This document shows, in pieces, positions 52,244 through 64,000 of a stretch of 64,000 nucleotides of DNA. Source of the DNA: Callorhinchus milii (lineage: Eukaryota). The position numbers and the translations under genes are program-made. The notes beneath the pieces are model-generated. The model was given only the letters and a program-made list of their open reading frames with translations, did no database searches and was not told where the DNA came from. The stretch lies in NCBI RefSeq assembly GCF_018977255.1, contig NW_024704743.1, forward strand, positions 67,892,001 to 67,956,000, in the 5' to 3' direction. Within the stretch, counting starts at the first letter, position 1; the number at the start of each line of letters is the position of its first letter.

Positions 52244-54179
52244 GTAAGTCTTGTTTGAGTACTTGGAGCAGAAGATTGGACAAAGTCTGTGAGGATCGAA
52301 TTTGATGCCAGTTATAGTAACAGAACTAAAGCGATATTCTTTGCCAAAGCCATAAGATCAGATAGGGGAGAACTATGAGCAAACCGTCAGCTTTCTCTTC
52401 AGGAGAGCTAGCAATTGAACTATCAGGACAGACGATTGGTGTGCAGAAGGATTAAAAGACATTTTGTGAAACAGCTTTGCAAGGCATCAGAAAAGCCCTG
52501 CAGACACAAAAACAACAGTGGACATTTGTTTTCAAGAACGTCACATATAGCCTCTCTAACAGTGAACATTGAGATCATGATGAGAAATCTAGCCAACTCA
52601 GAATGTTTCAGATTAAAACACCATAGGCCCCAAATTCTGCTTTATCTCAGACTGTAGAACTATTTTGATTTCAAAGTTAAGATTCTGCACAATTGTAGAA
52701 AAAAACTTTAAATTCACTCTTAATTTGAAAGCAGGTTTTTGCAGTTCTTAAACAGAACCGGCGGAGTCACAGCCTTGTGAGCAATAGACAGAAATCCTAT
52801 GAGATAGAGTGGCAGGTAATATTTAACCACAATACAGTACCCAATGCAAGGAGTGAAATTCTACTCAACATTTCACACAATTCCATGCAGCTTTGATGCC
52901 GGATTACAACAGGGAAACATGGACTGGCACTGTCCATGTCCCTATACAGAAGAATGATAGAGTTTCAGCCTCTGATGAGCCCGTCATAAAGAGTCAATGT
53001 TCAGATCTGCAGATGCACAGGAGTCACTGAATCAATACAAAGTGTGAGGTGGCAAACGGATAGTATAAATACGGGTTGTCGGCTAGTGATAATCCAAACC
53101 TGGAAGTGCATTCAGTATTCCCACTACGGGCTAACTTAGAGGTTCATGTGGTAAACACAATTTGACATTGATTAGTCAACAAACACTAAATGTCTTATTT
53201 TATAGCCAGACATCAATCTGAATTTCAGGGCATGATCATTCCATTATTCTCCATTGTAATTTTAATTAAGTATTATACCTTTCCACAAAGAATTCCAATT
53301 TGTACAACATGAACTTTAAACACGACATTATACTGTTACTGTTCAAACTGCTGAGAAATGTTCTTTTTAAATAAGATGCTCCAGTGGATTTTTTTTATAT
53401 TTCAGTAAAATCTGAAACATGCCCTATCTACTAATGTCCATTTACAGTTACACAGTGACTACATTTCACAGTAAAATACTGTGAAGTGTTTTGAGTCGTC
53501 TCAACGACATGATAAGGTGCTATATCAAATGCATTATTATATCCAAGTGCTCCCTGTGACCTACTAACTGCAGATGTCTTTGCAGCCTGAGGTAAGTTTG
53601 CAATACATGATCATCACTTGTATGTTTTAGGCACTTTCTACTTTTGAATGGGAGGGACTTCACTTAGACACACACAGACCCATAATACAATCAACTGCTC
53701 TCGGCAAACAGATGTCCGAAACATTAAATAATTTGGATGTTTAATAAGTCTGGATAGTTGTACATTAATAATGCAAAACTATTAGGATATGTGCAAAAGA
53801 ATTCCAGCTAGTAGTTTGCTTACTGAACAAAGGGTGATTGAATTAACATTTTAGCATTGCACAGATTCAGTGGAGTCACAATGACTTGATTGTGACAATT
53901 AATGTTTAGGAGCATTTGCAGAATAAATGAATAGCAATGCTGTTTAACACATTATTAGCATTATTCAGTGAGGAGTGGAAGACAAAGTACAGTTTGCTTA
54001 AGACGTACAGGTTGTCAGCTTGCATTTACAGAGCCACATTAATTGGCTTAGTTCTCCAGAACCTACTCAAGCACAGATATAACAAGGCGTGATGCGCAGC
54101 TTTTATTTAAAAAAATACCCGAAGCATTAAATATCATTGTTCAAATTGTTTAAAGATGACAGACATTCAGCATTTTTTT

Positions 54180-54385
54180 TCCTCCAAAAAACAAAAGCAA
54201 TAATAAATTGGTCATTTTCAATCCACGGCTGTTTGTGGGACACTGCTGTGCGCAATTGGCTGCCGAGTTTTGCCCACCAATATACAGTTGATTCACTTTA
54301 TAGCATATTCTGTGAAGCGCTTTGAGACGTCTAGAAGACGTGAAAAGCGCTATATCAAATGCAAGGATTATTTTTATTATTATTG
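54180..54385 (+). mobile_element. 5'-truncated young SINE
   Basis: Closely matches the reverse complement of 8539-8740. Confidence 0.92.
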
Positions 54386-54957
54386 TTCACCCTTACCATT
54401 AAACAAAAGGCTTGATAATAATAATCCTTGCATTTGATGTAACGAGGTTCTTCCAAGAGTACACAGAATGTACCCTATGATCCCAAGCTATTAAATTTGT
54501 ATGGTGTGCTGCCTTAAGGTCATCCATGCATTAAACATTAACTATAGTTATTAAACTAAATTGCTGCATTTGTCCTGTCCCATTTAAATTACTCCAGGGT
54601 GAATGACTCTGATTTCTTCATTAGAAACTTTGGTCAGCAAGCACACATTCCTCAGATTTTTCAATGGCTTATATCTCATAAGCATGCTTCCAAAAAGGAT
54701 GGAGTGACTGAAAAAATAATAACCCTTACATGTGATATTGAGCTTTACACATTGGGAGGTTCATAGGATTTACTGCGAAGAGTAGTGACAATTTATTTGG
54801 AGGCAACAGTAAATTATTTGCAAACTCTATGTGAGATAACATATCCACACACAAATATATACATTATATATATATGAATATATATGTTTGTGCAAATCTG
54901 CCAAGATTTACTTGTTTAAAAAAATCTTGTATGATCTTATTTGAATATATAACACCA

Positions 54958-55185
54958 CCGGGGTTCTTGATCCTGATTACTATTCAGTTACCTCTTCTTA
55001 AAAGTGCCTGATGGAGACATTGGGAGAGGATAGAATCTTCCATTGACATTTCCCTACAGTCAAACTATCTGCCAAGATTTACTGCTTAGATTTGTGCATG
55101 AAGAATGGATACTTCAACAAGGTACAGGAGGGTTTCTGGTGCTTTTGTACTCATCAAGAGTCTTGCGAGTTAGGGTGAGGAAAAA
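54958..55185 (+). repeat. Old SINE-like repeat family Y
   Basis: GGGTTCTTGATCCTGATTACTATTCAG...CATGAAGAATGG...GGTACAGGAGGG. Confidence 0.55.
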
Positions 55186-55253
55186 GTAAGACTTCTATTT
55201 TAAAAAGTTGAAACTTGTGGTAATGCAGTACTACAAGTATAGACTGTTTTTTT

Positions 55254-55885
55254 TCATAGACTGTTACGGCACAGAAGGAGGCCATTCGGCCCATCGAGTC
55301 TGTGTGGCTCTTTGACAGAGCAGTCACTTTCACTAACCCCAATCACCAGCTTTCTCCCCATAACCCTGCAAACCCGTCTTCCCCAGATACCTATCCAGTT
55401 CTCTCTTAAAAGCTGTTATCGAATCGAACTTCACTGCCCTTTCGGGCAGATCATTCCAAATTCGAACAACTCGCTGAGTGAAAACATTTATTCTAACATC
55501 CCCTCTGCTTCTTTTGGTAGATATCTTAAGACTGTGACCACGGGTCACAGACACACCTACCAGTGGAAACAGCTTTTCCTTGTCTAGCCTGTCAAAACCT
55601 TTCATGATCTTGAAGACCTCTATCAGGTCCCCGCGTAACCTTCTCTGCTCTAATGGGAAACGTCCTAACTTCTCCAGCCTGTCCTCATAGCTAAGGTTCC
55701 CCATTCCTGGTATCATTCTCGTGAATCTCCTCTGCACCCTTTCCAGTGCCTTAATGCCCTTCCTGAAGTAAGGTGCCCAGAACTGGACGCAGTACTCCAG
55801 CTGAGGCATAACCAGTGTTTTGTATAGATTAACCATAACCTCCCTGCTCTTATACTCTATGCCCCTACTAATAAAGCTCAGTACA
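55254..55885 (-). mobile_element. Young CR1 LINE 3' fragment with intact ORF2 C-terminus
   Basis: SRGIEYKSREVMVNLYKTLVMPQLEYCVQFWAPY...LERVQRRFTRMIPGM...RLRGDLIEVFKIMKG...FTQRVVRIWNDLP; tail ends CTATG. Confidence 0.96.
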
Positions 55886-55899
55886 CTGTTGCTGTCAAA

Positions 55900-56110
55900 G
55901 TGATCATAATAATATTCTTCAACATCAACCTGAACAAACAACCTGACCTCTGTTTGAGGTCTCATCCAAAGAAGATATCCAACAGTTTAGTGCTTCTCCT
56001 GTATTGTACTGGAGGGTCAGCTTCAACTGTGAGCTCAAAATCCTAATGTGAGGTTTGAGCCCACAATCTTCTAACCCAGGGATAGTGCTAGCAACTGAAC
56101 CAAACTGACA
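55900..56110 (-). mobile_element. DeuSINE-like SINE 5' half
   Basis: Reverse-complement head TGTCAGTTTGGTTCAGTTGCTAGCAC. Confidence 0.8.
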
Positions 56111-56134
56111 ATAATCATTTAAAAAATTTTAAAC

Positions 56135-56640
56135 TCCCCGGCCTATCCCTCAAACTTACTGAATCTGTGCACAATCTAGGTATCAGGTTCAACCCAAACC
56201 TGTCCTTCCTACCCCACATCTGGATCCTGACCAGGACCGCTTTCCTCCACCTCTGCCACCTTGCCCAGCTCTGACCATACCTCACACCCATTGCTGCCTA
56301 AATCCTCATTCATCCTTTCATCACATTCCGCCTTGATATTTCCAATGCCCTCCTTGTCTGACTCCGCAGCTCCACCACTCATAAAATCCATTTGATTTAG
56401 AGTTCCACTGTCAGTATTCTCACCCATAACCAAACTCTGCGTCCTCATTAACCCTGTCCTTGCCAGATTCTACTGGCTCCCTATTGCAGAACAGATTGAT
56501 TTAATGATCCTCACACTCATGCACAAATCTCTTCATGCCCCGACATCTCCATACCTCTCCAACCTGTTTATGTCCCACTCTGCTACCCGCCTCCTTCGCT
56601 CTTCGCCCACGTATGAAGGGTACTATACTAACACGTTGTT
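56135..56640 (+). mobile_element. Degraded L2 LINE
   Basis: ESVHNLGIRFNPNLSFLPHI and WLPIAEQIDL motifs. Confidence 0.85.
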
Positions 56641-57097
56641 CTTATAAATACTGAAAGAAAGTGAGCAGTGAAATATCCTTATATCCTATGTTTAAAGTGA
56701 AATGTCGGTACTGTCAATGGACTTACAGGAAATTACCTAAGATCCAGGCAGTACAATGTTTTATGTCTGAGAGTTGAATATGAATCCAATGAAAGTCTCT
56801 CTCTAACCAATATAGGGAATGAGGAATGCCAACCCAGTTCGAAGTGTGTGAATTCACAACACAAATCAGTTTAAGATGTAGCACAAACTGACACTAAAAT
56901 TGGTAGTGGTACACACACAAAGGGCACATTGATGGTTGGTCTGGCAAGGGAAGCATGATGATAGTCAAGCATCGAATCAACCCTGGGTTTCAAACAAATG
57001 AGAAAGCTGCAAAATAGAGAACAAAGACCCTCAGCAACTCATATCCCGAAATCCAAACAGCACAAAATTCAACCTGTTTTGCACAAATAAATTCACC

Positions 57098-57400
57098 TAA
57101 TAATAATAATAATCCTTGCATTTGATATAGCGCTTTTCACGTCGGGAGGACGTCCCAAAGCGCTTCACAGAATATACTGTAAAGTGAATTGACTGTATAT
57201 TTGTGGGCGAACGCTGCAGCCAATTGCGCACAGCAATGTCCCACAAACAGTCGTGGGACCAATTTATTATTGTTTTGTTTTTGGAGGGATTATTATCAGG
57301 CCTGTGGAGTAAACTTGCCCAAGGTTTCGTCCTGCCTGTAATTGAACTCAGGTCTCTCACTTGCAAAGCGAGTGCTCTAACCACTGAGCTACAGGACTCC
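57098..57400 (-). mobile_element. Young full-length tRNA(Ala)-like SINE
   Basis: Same head and tail as 8539-8860; ACCTAA on both flanks. Confidence 0.93.
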
Positions 57401-58199
57401 ACAACCTAAACTATGTACAGTTGCAAATTATTCACAACCAGTCTTCTTTGAAATAACTATTTCTTCCTGTATTTTACTGCTGTATTTTACTGCTTGACAA
57501 AAATATACATATCTGGATTATAGGGTAATTGTGCCTTTCTTTGCAACTATTAAAAATAATAATAATCATTCTTGCATTTGATATAGTGCCTTATCACATC
57601 ATCAAAACGTCTCAAAGAACTTCACATTGTGATCATAGTGACTGTGTATCCATAGTTAAGAGGATCATCCAATGTGCACACACGCAGCCTGCAAACAACC
57701 TTGAAGTGAGTGACCACTTCTATTTCAGGGATTAAATAGGGTCTTCAAAGACACAATCTTCCACTGTAAAACAAACACTGGATCCTGCCATGCACCCTCA
57801 CTCCTTGCTGATTTACACCAACATAATAGTTAACTTATAACATTTCATTAAAGTTTTCATCCAGTGAGATTTCAAAATGAAATGAATTGTATACTGTACT
57901 GCACTTTTCAACTGTGTCAACTGTAGAATATTGCTTGTTTTACTTTTTCAAACTACAGTTGAATATTGTGTGCTGTTGAAGAATGAGGAGCGAACCCTGG
58001 GAATTAAATATTTGTGTGATCCGTCAGCCTAAATCAATCCAAGGAACCAATAAAACTTGAAGGTTTTCAGCATCGAGGTAAACTATTGCGCTCCACTCTG
58101 TTCAAAATCTGTAAATCTCTTTGAATGTACAAATCAGAAATGAAATTAATAAAAGCTGCTCTGTTATAAACATATTTTTAACATATTTTTCTGGGATAC

Positions 58200-58622
58200 T
58201 GCTGAGCCTGGCTCAGTTGGCAGCACTCTTGTCTCTGACTCAGAAGGTTGTAGTTTTATTCCCAAGTCAGGACTTTGAACTCACATAGTCTAGGGTGACA
58301 CTTCAATATAGTGCTGGGGTGAGTTGTATAGTTGGTGGTACCATCCTTCAGCCAAACCGTTAAAACCAGCTTGACATTAAATATTTTATGACGCTATTCA
58401 GAAATAAAATGAAGTTTCTCCTGGTATCAACAATTCCCAGATAAAATCAATCATTCACGTCACTTCATGGCTGTTTGTGGGAAGTTGCTGAGTGCAAATT
58501 GGCTGCCACATTCATCTATAAAACAAACAGCCTCCATACTTTACCATCAAATCCTGCGAAGCGCTTTGAGATATCCTCTTGATTTAAAAGGCACAATATC
58601 AAATGCAAGAATTATTATTGTT
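58200..58622 (+). mobile_element. Old DeuSINE-like SINE, full length
   Basis: AGCCTGGCTCAGTTGGCAGCACTCTTGTCTCTGACTCAGAAGG head to AAATGCAAGAATTATT tail. Confidence 0.87.
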
Positions 58623-60058
58623 AAAAGTAAGTGGTACTTGCCAAATAAATGGGTAAATTAAGCATATTCCTCTCAAACTCCATTTCAACATGGCTGTCAC
58701 AAAACTCCCACTGTGCTTATGTTTTGCTGCAAGTTTACTGCAGCAGGCTTATTATCTTGCTATTCGGTCTGTTCCATAGGGATAACAGATGGCACAAAGT
58801 GGCGGTTACTGTACATAATAAATGAAACAGAATAAAGGGCTAATTAATGCTATGCACCGATACTGAGTAGACTTTTTCTGATTATTAAAACTACTCCTTT
58901 CACCCAAGATCATTAATTGTTGTAGCACGTTCAGCTCTACAGACATCATAGATTGTGCACATTATCAATCATATTTACTGTTAGAGCCTCCACATTGTCT
59001 CATTCATGTAGTGAACTTGATCTTAAATGGCATCTAATCCCATAATGATCACACACACATCCTTAAGGTTTGCAATACCCAACATACAGAACATCCCTCA
59101 TTCCCCATCCCCACCCCCCATTCCCCACCCCCCATACACACACCTTAACCCAGACTTTTCTCTCCTCTGCAAAACTGGTGAAGCAAACTTCCTCTTAAAT
59201 ATATCAATTGGACTTAATACAATCTCTAGCTTTCATTAACCTTCTCATACTCTAGATAAATACTGGAAAAGGGAAAATATGAAAAGTATGAATAAAAGGC
59301 AGATGTAGAAGTAAACAAATGATTGTTTAAGAGAGCTGGCACAGGCATAATGAGACACACTGTGGATTCCTTTTGTGATAAAAATGCTACAGTTCTACTG
59401 TTGCCTTTCAATTATTCCAGAATGCAGGCCAAGATGTGTACATGGGCTTAGAGTGAATATTTTTTAGCTTTTAAATAGCTTCACATACTACAAAACCAGG
59501 ATCCTCTCCTGATGTAGTTATTAGAGCTCTCAGCTACAGCACGATCACAAGCACACTTCTCTCCCCATCAATCAACATTAGGAATAATCTTAGAACAATT
59601 CACACTTTCCAAGAACCTTCAGACTCCATCAACACCTCAGTGACTGATCTTCAGAGATGGACTCACTATGTGGGTAATAATCTCCACTTTGGTCACAAAT
59701 CAACATCAAAATTCAGAGTTGGTATCTGTGTGTGAGAGAGAGTTACAGTAAGGGAGAGAGCGCCTGTGTGTGAGAGTAAGAGAGAGATTGTCTGTGTGCG
59801 TGCACTTGCATGTGTCTATGATAGTGTGTGAGTCAGACAGAAAGTTGTGTCAGCTAAGAGTTAAATCCTGTCAAAGCTGGATGCTTGGTCAGTCTTGAAA
59901 GCTCCTTTGATCAGACAAGGAAGTCAGGCTTTAAAGGGCAGGTTCTGGAACCACTGGAGATGCAGTGGCAATATCTGTTTGTGCAATTTAATGTATTAGA
60001 TAACTGCAGATTAAAACTGAACCAAAGTTATTCTCAGAAATTGGAAAGAATTCCCTTA

Positions 60059-61385
60059 ACCAACAACAACAACTTGGATTTATATAGCGCCCTCCACGCC
60101 GGATGGCATCTCAGAGCGCTTTACAGTAACGGATCCCGGGGCTGAGCCAGGGGGAGGGGGAGGAAGGTGACCAAAGACGCGGTCGAAAAGAAAGGTTTTC
60201 AGCTGAGACCTGAAAATGGGAAGGGAGGGAGTGAGATGAAGGGAGTGAGGAAGGCAGTTCCAGAGCCTCGGGGCGTAGTGGCTGAAGGCACGGCCGCTGA
60301 GGGTGGAGCGGAGGATTCAGGGGATGAGGAGGAGGCCAGATCCGGAGGAACGAAGGCAATGGGTACTGTTTTGAGGAGAGAGGAGGTCAGAGAGGTAGGG
60401 GGGTGCAGAGGAGTGCAGGGACTTGAATACAAGGGTGAGGATCCTGAAATCGATCCTCTCTGAGATCGGGAGCCAGTGCAGTCTGGCAAGGACTGGGGTG
60501 ATCGGGGAGCGGAGTTTGGTGTGGGTGAGAATGCGGGCGGCAGAGTTTTGAATGATTTGGATTTCAAGGATGATTGTGGATGGGAGACCGGCGAGGAGGG
60601 CGTTAAGAGTAGTCCAGCCGAGAGGTGACAAAGGCATGGACCAGGGTTTCAGCAGCTTTTGGGGAGATGTATTGGCGGAGACGGGCGATGCGTCGGAGGT
60701 GGAAGAAAGCGGTGCTGGTGAGGGACTGGATGTGGGGGAGGAAGGATAATTGGGGGTCGAACTGACGCCTAGGTTGCGTACGGGTTCGGAGAGTTTTAGG
60801 AGGAGGTCGGGTAGGTGGAGGAGGTGAGAGCCATGAGATTTTAGATGTTGACGAGAGCCAAAGGGTATGGTTTCCGTCTTGTCAACATTCATCTGAAGGA
60901 AGTTTACACTAATCCAGCTCCTAAGGTCTGACAGGCAGGCTGACAGAACATCAGGGGACTGGGGGTCGCAAAGAGAGGTGGAAAAATAGAGATGGGTGTC
61001 GTCCACATACATGTGTAAGTGTCTGCGGATGACATCCCCAAGAGGGAGCATGTAGATCAGAAAGAGGAGGGGGCCAAGGATGGATCCTTGGGGTACCTCG
61101 CAGGTTTGTGAGGTAGAACTCGAACCAGGCGAATGCGGTCCCACTGAGGTGATTGACAGAGGAAAGGCGGTGGAGGAGGATGGCGTGATCGACTGTGTCG
61201 AATGCGGTGGAGAGGTCCAGGAGGACAAAGAGGCAGAGGGAGCCCTGGTCACAGATAGAGAGGATGTTGTTTGTGACTTTCACAAGTGCAGTCTGTGTAC
61301 TGTGGGCAGGGCGGAAACCGGACTGGAGAGGTTCGAAGAGAGAGTGGGAGGAGAGGTATGCGCGAAGTTGGTTGGGGTCTTCATC
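60059..61385 (-). mobile_element. L2 LINE of a second subfamily, RT domain with frameshifts
   Basis: QSGFRPAHSTQTALVKVTN...LLDLSTAFDTVDH, VPQGSILGPLLFLIYM, HMYVDDT, LHWLPISERIDFRIL; distinct tail GAGATGCCATCCGGCGTGGAGGGCGCTATATAAATCCAA(GTT)n. Confidence 0.96.
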
Positions 61386-61904
61386 ATTCAGCATCTAAAT
61401 GAACTGAAAATCCCAGCGATGCATGTTCTTAAGTTTTGATTATTATCCAGTATTGAATTAATCTTTACAAATAATAATACAGTACAGAAACAGGAATAGA
61501 TCGTCTATAGCCATCTATTCCCTACATGCAGGTCTCTGCATTAGACTATTGATGGGAATATAAAACCATTTTTCTTACAGGATGATATTATATCCTTTGA
61601 GTGAGACGCAAGCAAATTCCCCTCTTCTTGTTCTATTTCTTTAGATGGACATTATAAAATAACTAAAATAATAATTTTATATAATTTGATATAACATGTT
61701 ATCACGTCATGGAAACATCTCAAAGCATTTCACACGAATTTTATTGTAATATATAATGGCTGCATATTTTGTAAACAAACATGGCAGCCAATTAATGCAC
61801 ACCAATATCCCACAAATAACAATAAAGAATACCTAGAACTAAACATAATGATACACAATGGAATCAAGCTATTCAGCATATGCCGGTGATTATATTGTTA
61901 TACT

Positions 61905-62763
61905 GTTCTGTTCGACCCTGAGTTGTCCTTTCTTCCCCACATCCGCGACACAACGGGCACCGCCTTCCATCACCTCCGGAACATCGCCAGACTACGGCAC
62001 TACTCACCCCTCACGCTGCTGAAACTCTGGTCCACGCCTTTATCACCTCAAGGCTGGACTATGGGAACTCTCTCCTCGCCGGCCTTCCCGCCACCTCCCT
62101 CCACAAGCTGCAGGTCATTCAGAACTCTGCAGCTCGTGTACTGTCCCGCACCAGGCTTCGGGACCACATCACTCCCACCCTCGCTCGCCTCCACTGGCTC
62201 CCCATCCCCCAGAGGATCGAATTCAAGATCCTCATCCTCACCTACAAGGCCATTCACGGCCTTGCTCCCTCCTACCTCTCTGACCTATTATCCCCCTACT
62301 TACCTCCCGTACCCTCCGTTCCTCCGGCTCCGGTCTGCTCCACATCCCCCGCCCCAACCGCCCTACCATCGGTGGCCGGGCCTTCAGCCTCTCAGCCCCC
62401 AGGCTCTGGAACTCCATCCCCCAGTGCCTTCGCCGCCTCCTCCCTTTCCTCCTTCAAGGCCGGTCTCAAGACCTTTCTCTTTCTCTTTAACCGTGCCTTC
62501 AGCTCCCCTCTCGACTCTCTACCCCCTCCTCGCCCCCTCCCTTCCCTCCCCTCACCCTGACCATTTCCCCCCTCCTCGCTCCCTCCCTTCCCTCCCCTCA
62601 CCCTAACCATTTCCCCACCTCCTCGCTCCCTCCCCTCCCTCCCCTCACCCTGACCATTTCCCCCCTGCTCGGGTCCTGACCCAACTGTCCAGCGCTATGG
62701 GACGTCCTCCCGACGTGAAAGGCGCTCTATAAATGAAATCTTGTTGTTGTTGTTGTTGTTGTT
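61905..62763 (+). mobile_element. Young L2 LINE, 5'-truncated, with a triplicated 3'UTR segment
   Basis: LSFLPHIRDTTGTAFHHLRNIARLRHY; long (TTG)n tail; splits an older CR1 tail remnant. Confidence 0.96.
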
Positions 62764-63769
62764 GTATGCTTCATATAAGGCCCCACCTCTCCTATTCTCT
62801 TCTCTTATATTCCTTTCTGCGTTAATGTCTGCATCAAGTTTTCTTTTTAATACATTGATGCTTTTTTTTGCTTCAACCGCAGCTTCCGGCTGTGAGTTAT
62901 TGAGTTAGGGTTCCACAAGATTAAGTCACCCTCTGCTACTTGGCAAAATAGAAGACATAGAATCTTTTTAGATTTGTTTCTTTCAATCAAAGTGTTGTAG
63001 AACTTTCAAATGGGATGAATGTGCTTCGTGTGTGTAAAATACAGGTTCCCAGTGTCTGCCCCGAATAGAAAGTGACTGTGCTGGAGTGACGATGCTTCTC
63101 ACAGTGTGATCTGTGAATTAGGAAGTCATTATTGCTAGCTCAGTGGGTGTCAGCAATTCTCGCAATTTTACCCCGACACAATAAATGTAATTTTATTTAA
63201 AGTTGTCTGAAACCAGCAGGCACAAGAGCAAGTTGGTAAAGTTTATGCTGGTGAAAGTAGTATCAAAACAGAGCAATCTGCTGTTTGGCACAAGGCAGCC
63301 TCTCTCCCTGCCCCAACAAATTTCTACTCACTGCAAAGTTCAGAAGAATAATAGCTTGCATTTATATTGCACCCTTTACATAGACCTTTGTCTCGGAGTG
63401 CTTTACAGTTCAGGGGATGAACACCGAACACGAAATAGGGGATGTAGGATGAAATAGAATGTGGATGAAGAGATACGTCTTGGTAAGACAAGAAGGTTGC
63501 AAAAGGGATGAGTGTGGTGAGAGTGATACCGAGGATCCAGCAGGAAATATGGAATAAAATGCAAAGTTAAACCACCGATAAGTACAGTATAACCTCTACC
63601 CAATACAAAACCTTTTTAGTGTGAACATGCTGTTTCAGGGACGCCCAAATTATCCTCAAAGACAACTCTAGTCTGGCATGTGTCTGATTTGGGTACTCTG
63701 ACAACATGCTCCAATCATTCTGCTGGTATGCTCTAATTGTGGAGGATCCACTATGATATCATGTATTTA

Positions 63770-64000
63770 ATGCATACAACCCTCCATGTAAAAAAAATTC
63801 TTCCTGGTATCTGTCCTGAAATTGTTCCTAGCCACCCTAAACCTATGTCGTCTTGTTCTCTGGTCCTGGTACATCCAATAGTATTGTTCTGAGTCTACCT
63901 TCTCAATCTCAATTAATATCTTGTATCCCTCTAAGATCCTCTCTAAAACATCCCTTTTTGAGACTAAAGAGCCCTAGCTTGTCTAATCATAGATCATTTC
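63770..64000 (-). mobile_element. Degraded CR1 LINE fragment, runs off the window
   Basis: Colinear with 10510-10740 and 38050-38370. Confidence 0.8.

Noticed and set aside
52972..53010. CTGATGA as a possible hammerhead or C/D-box motif
   Set aside because: No stem II followed by GAAA and no convincing terminal stem or box pair.
55333..55965. 210-aa ORF
   Set aside because: CR1 ORF2 C-terminus fused by chance to SINE-derived sequence.
60111..62610. Long ORFs of 100-311 aa on both strands
   Set aside because: They are frameshifted L2 ORF2 or its GC-rich alternative and antisense frames, not host genes.

Overview
This is eukaryotic, repeat-rich intronic or intergenic DNA, not a prokaryotic window. 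The repeat complement points to a cartilaginous fish, probably a holocephalan such as Callorhinchus; this is inferred from remembered repeat families, not from a search. That complement is L2 LINEs ending in (GTT)n, shark-type CR1 LINEs, old DeuSINE/SacSINE1-like SINEs, a younger tRNA-headed SINE sharing the L2 3' tail, and a Penelope-type fold-back. I recognise no complete gene, and the long ORFs in the track are LINE fragments or their antisense frames. A few minus-strand segments have good splice sites and phase-compatible open frames (best: 15640-15792 joined to 13455-13571) and may be exons of an unidentified gene. Most notable structures: (1) a Penelope-like fold-back with a 14-bp TSD and a decayed minimal hammerhead ribozyme; (2) an L2 insertion that captured about 175 bp copied from a neighbouring SINE locus; (3) a perfect 68-bp inverted repeat; (4) about 110-bp headless SINE tails with a common 5' breakpoint; (5) a fossil RT unlike the local L2/CR1 copies; (6) an unclassified repeat family with a head-to-head pair. 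I found no convincing new multi-gene system. Boundaries of old repeats are approximate (tens of bp).
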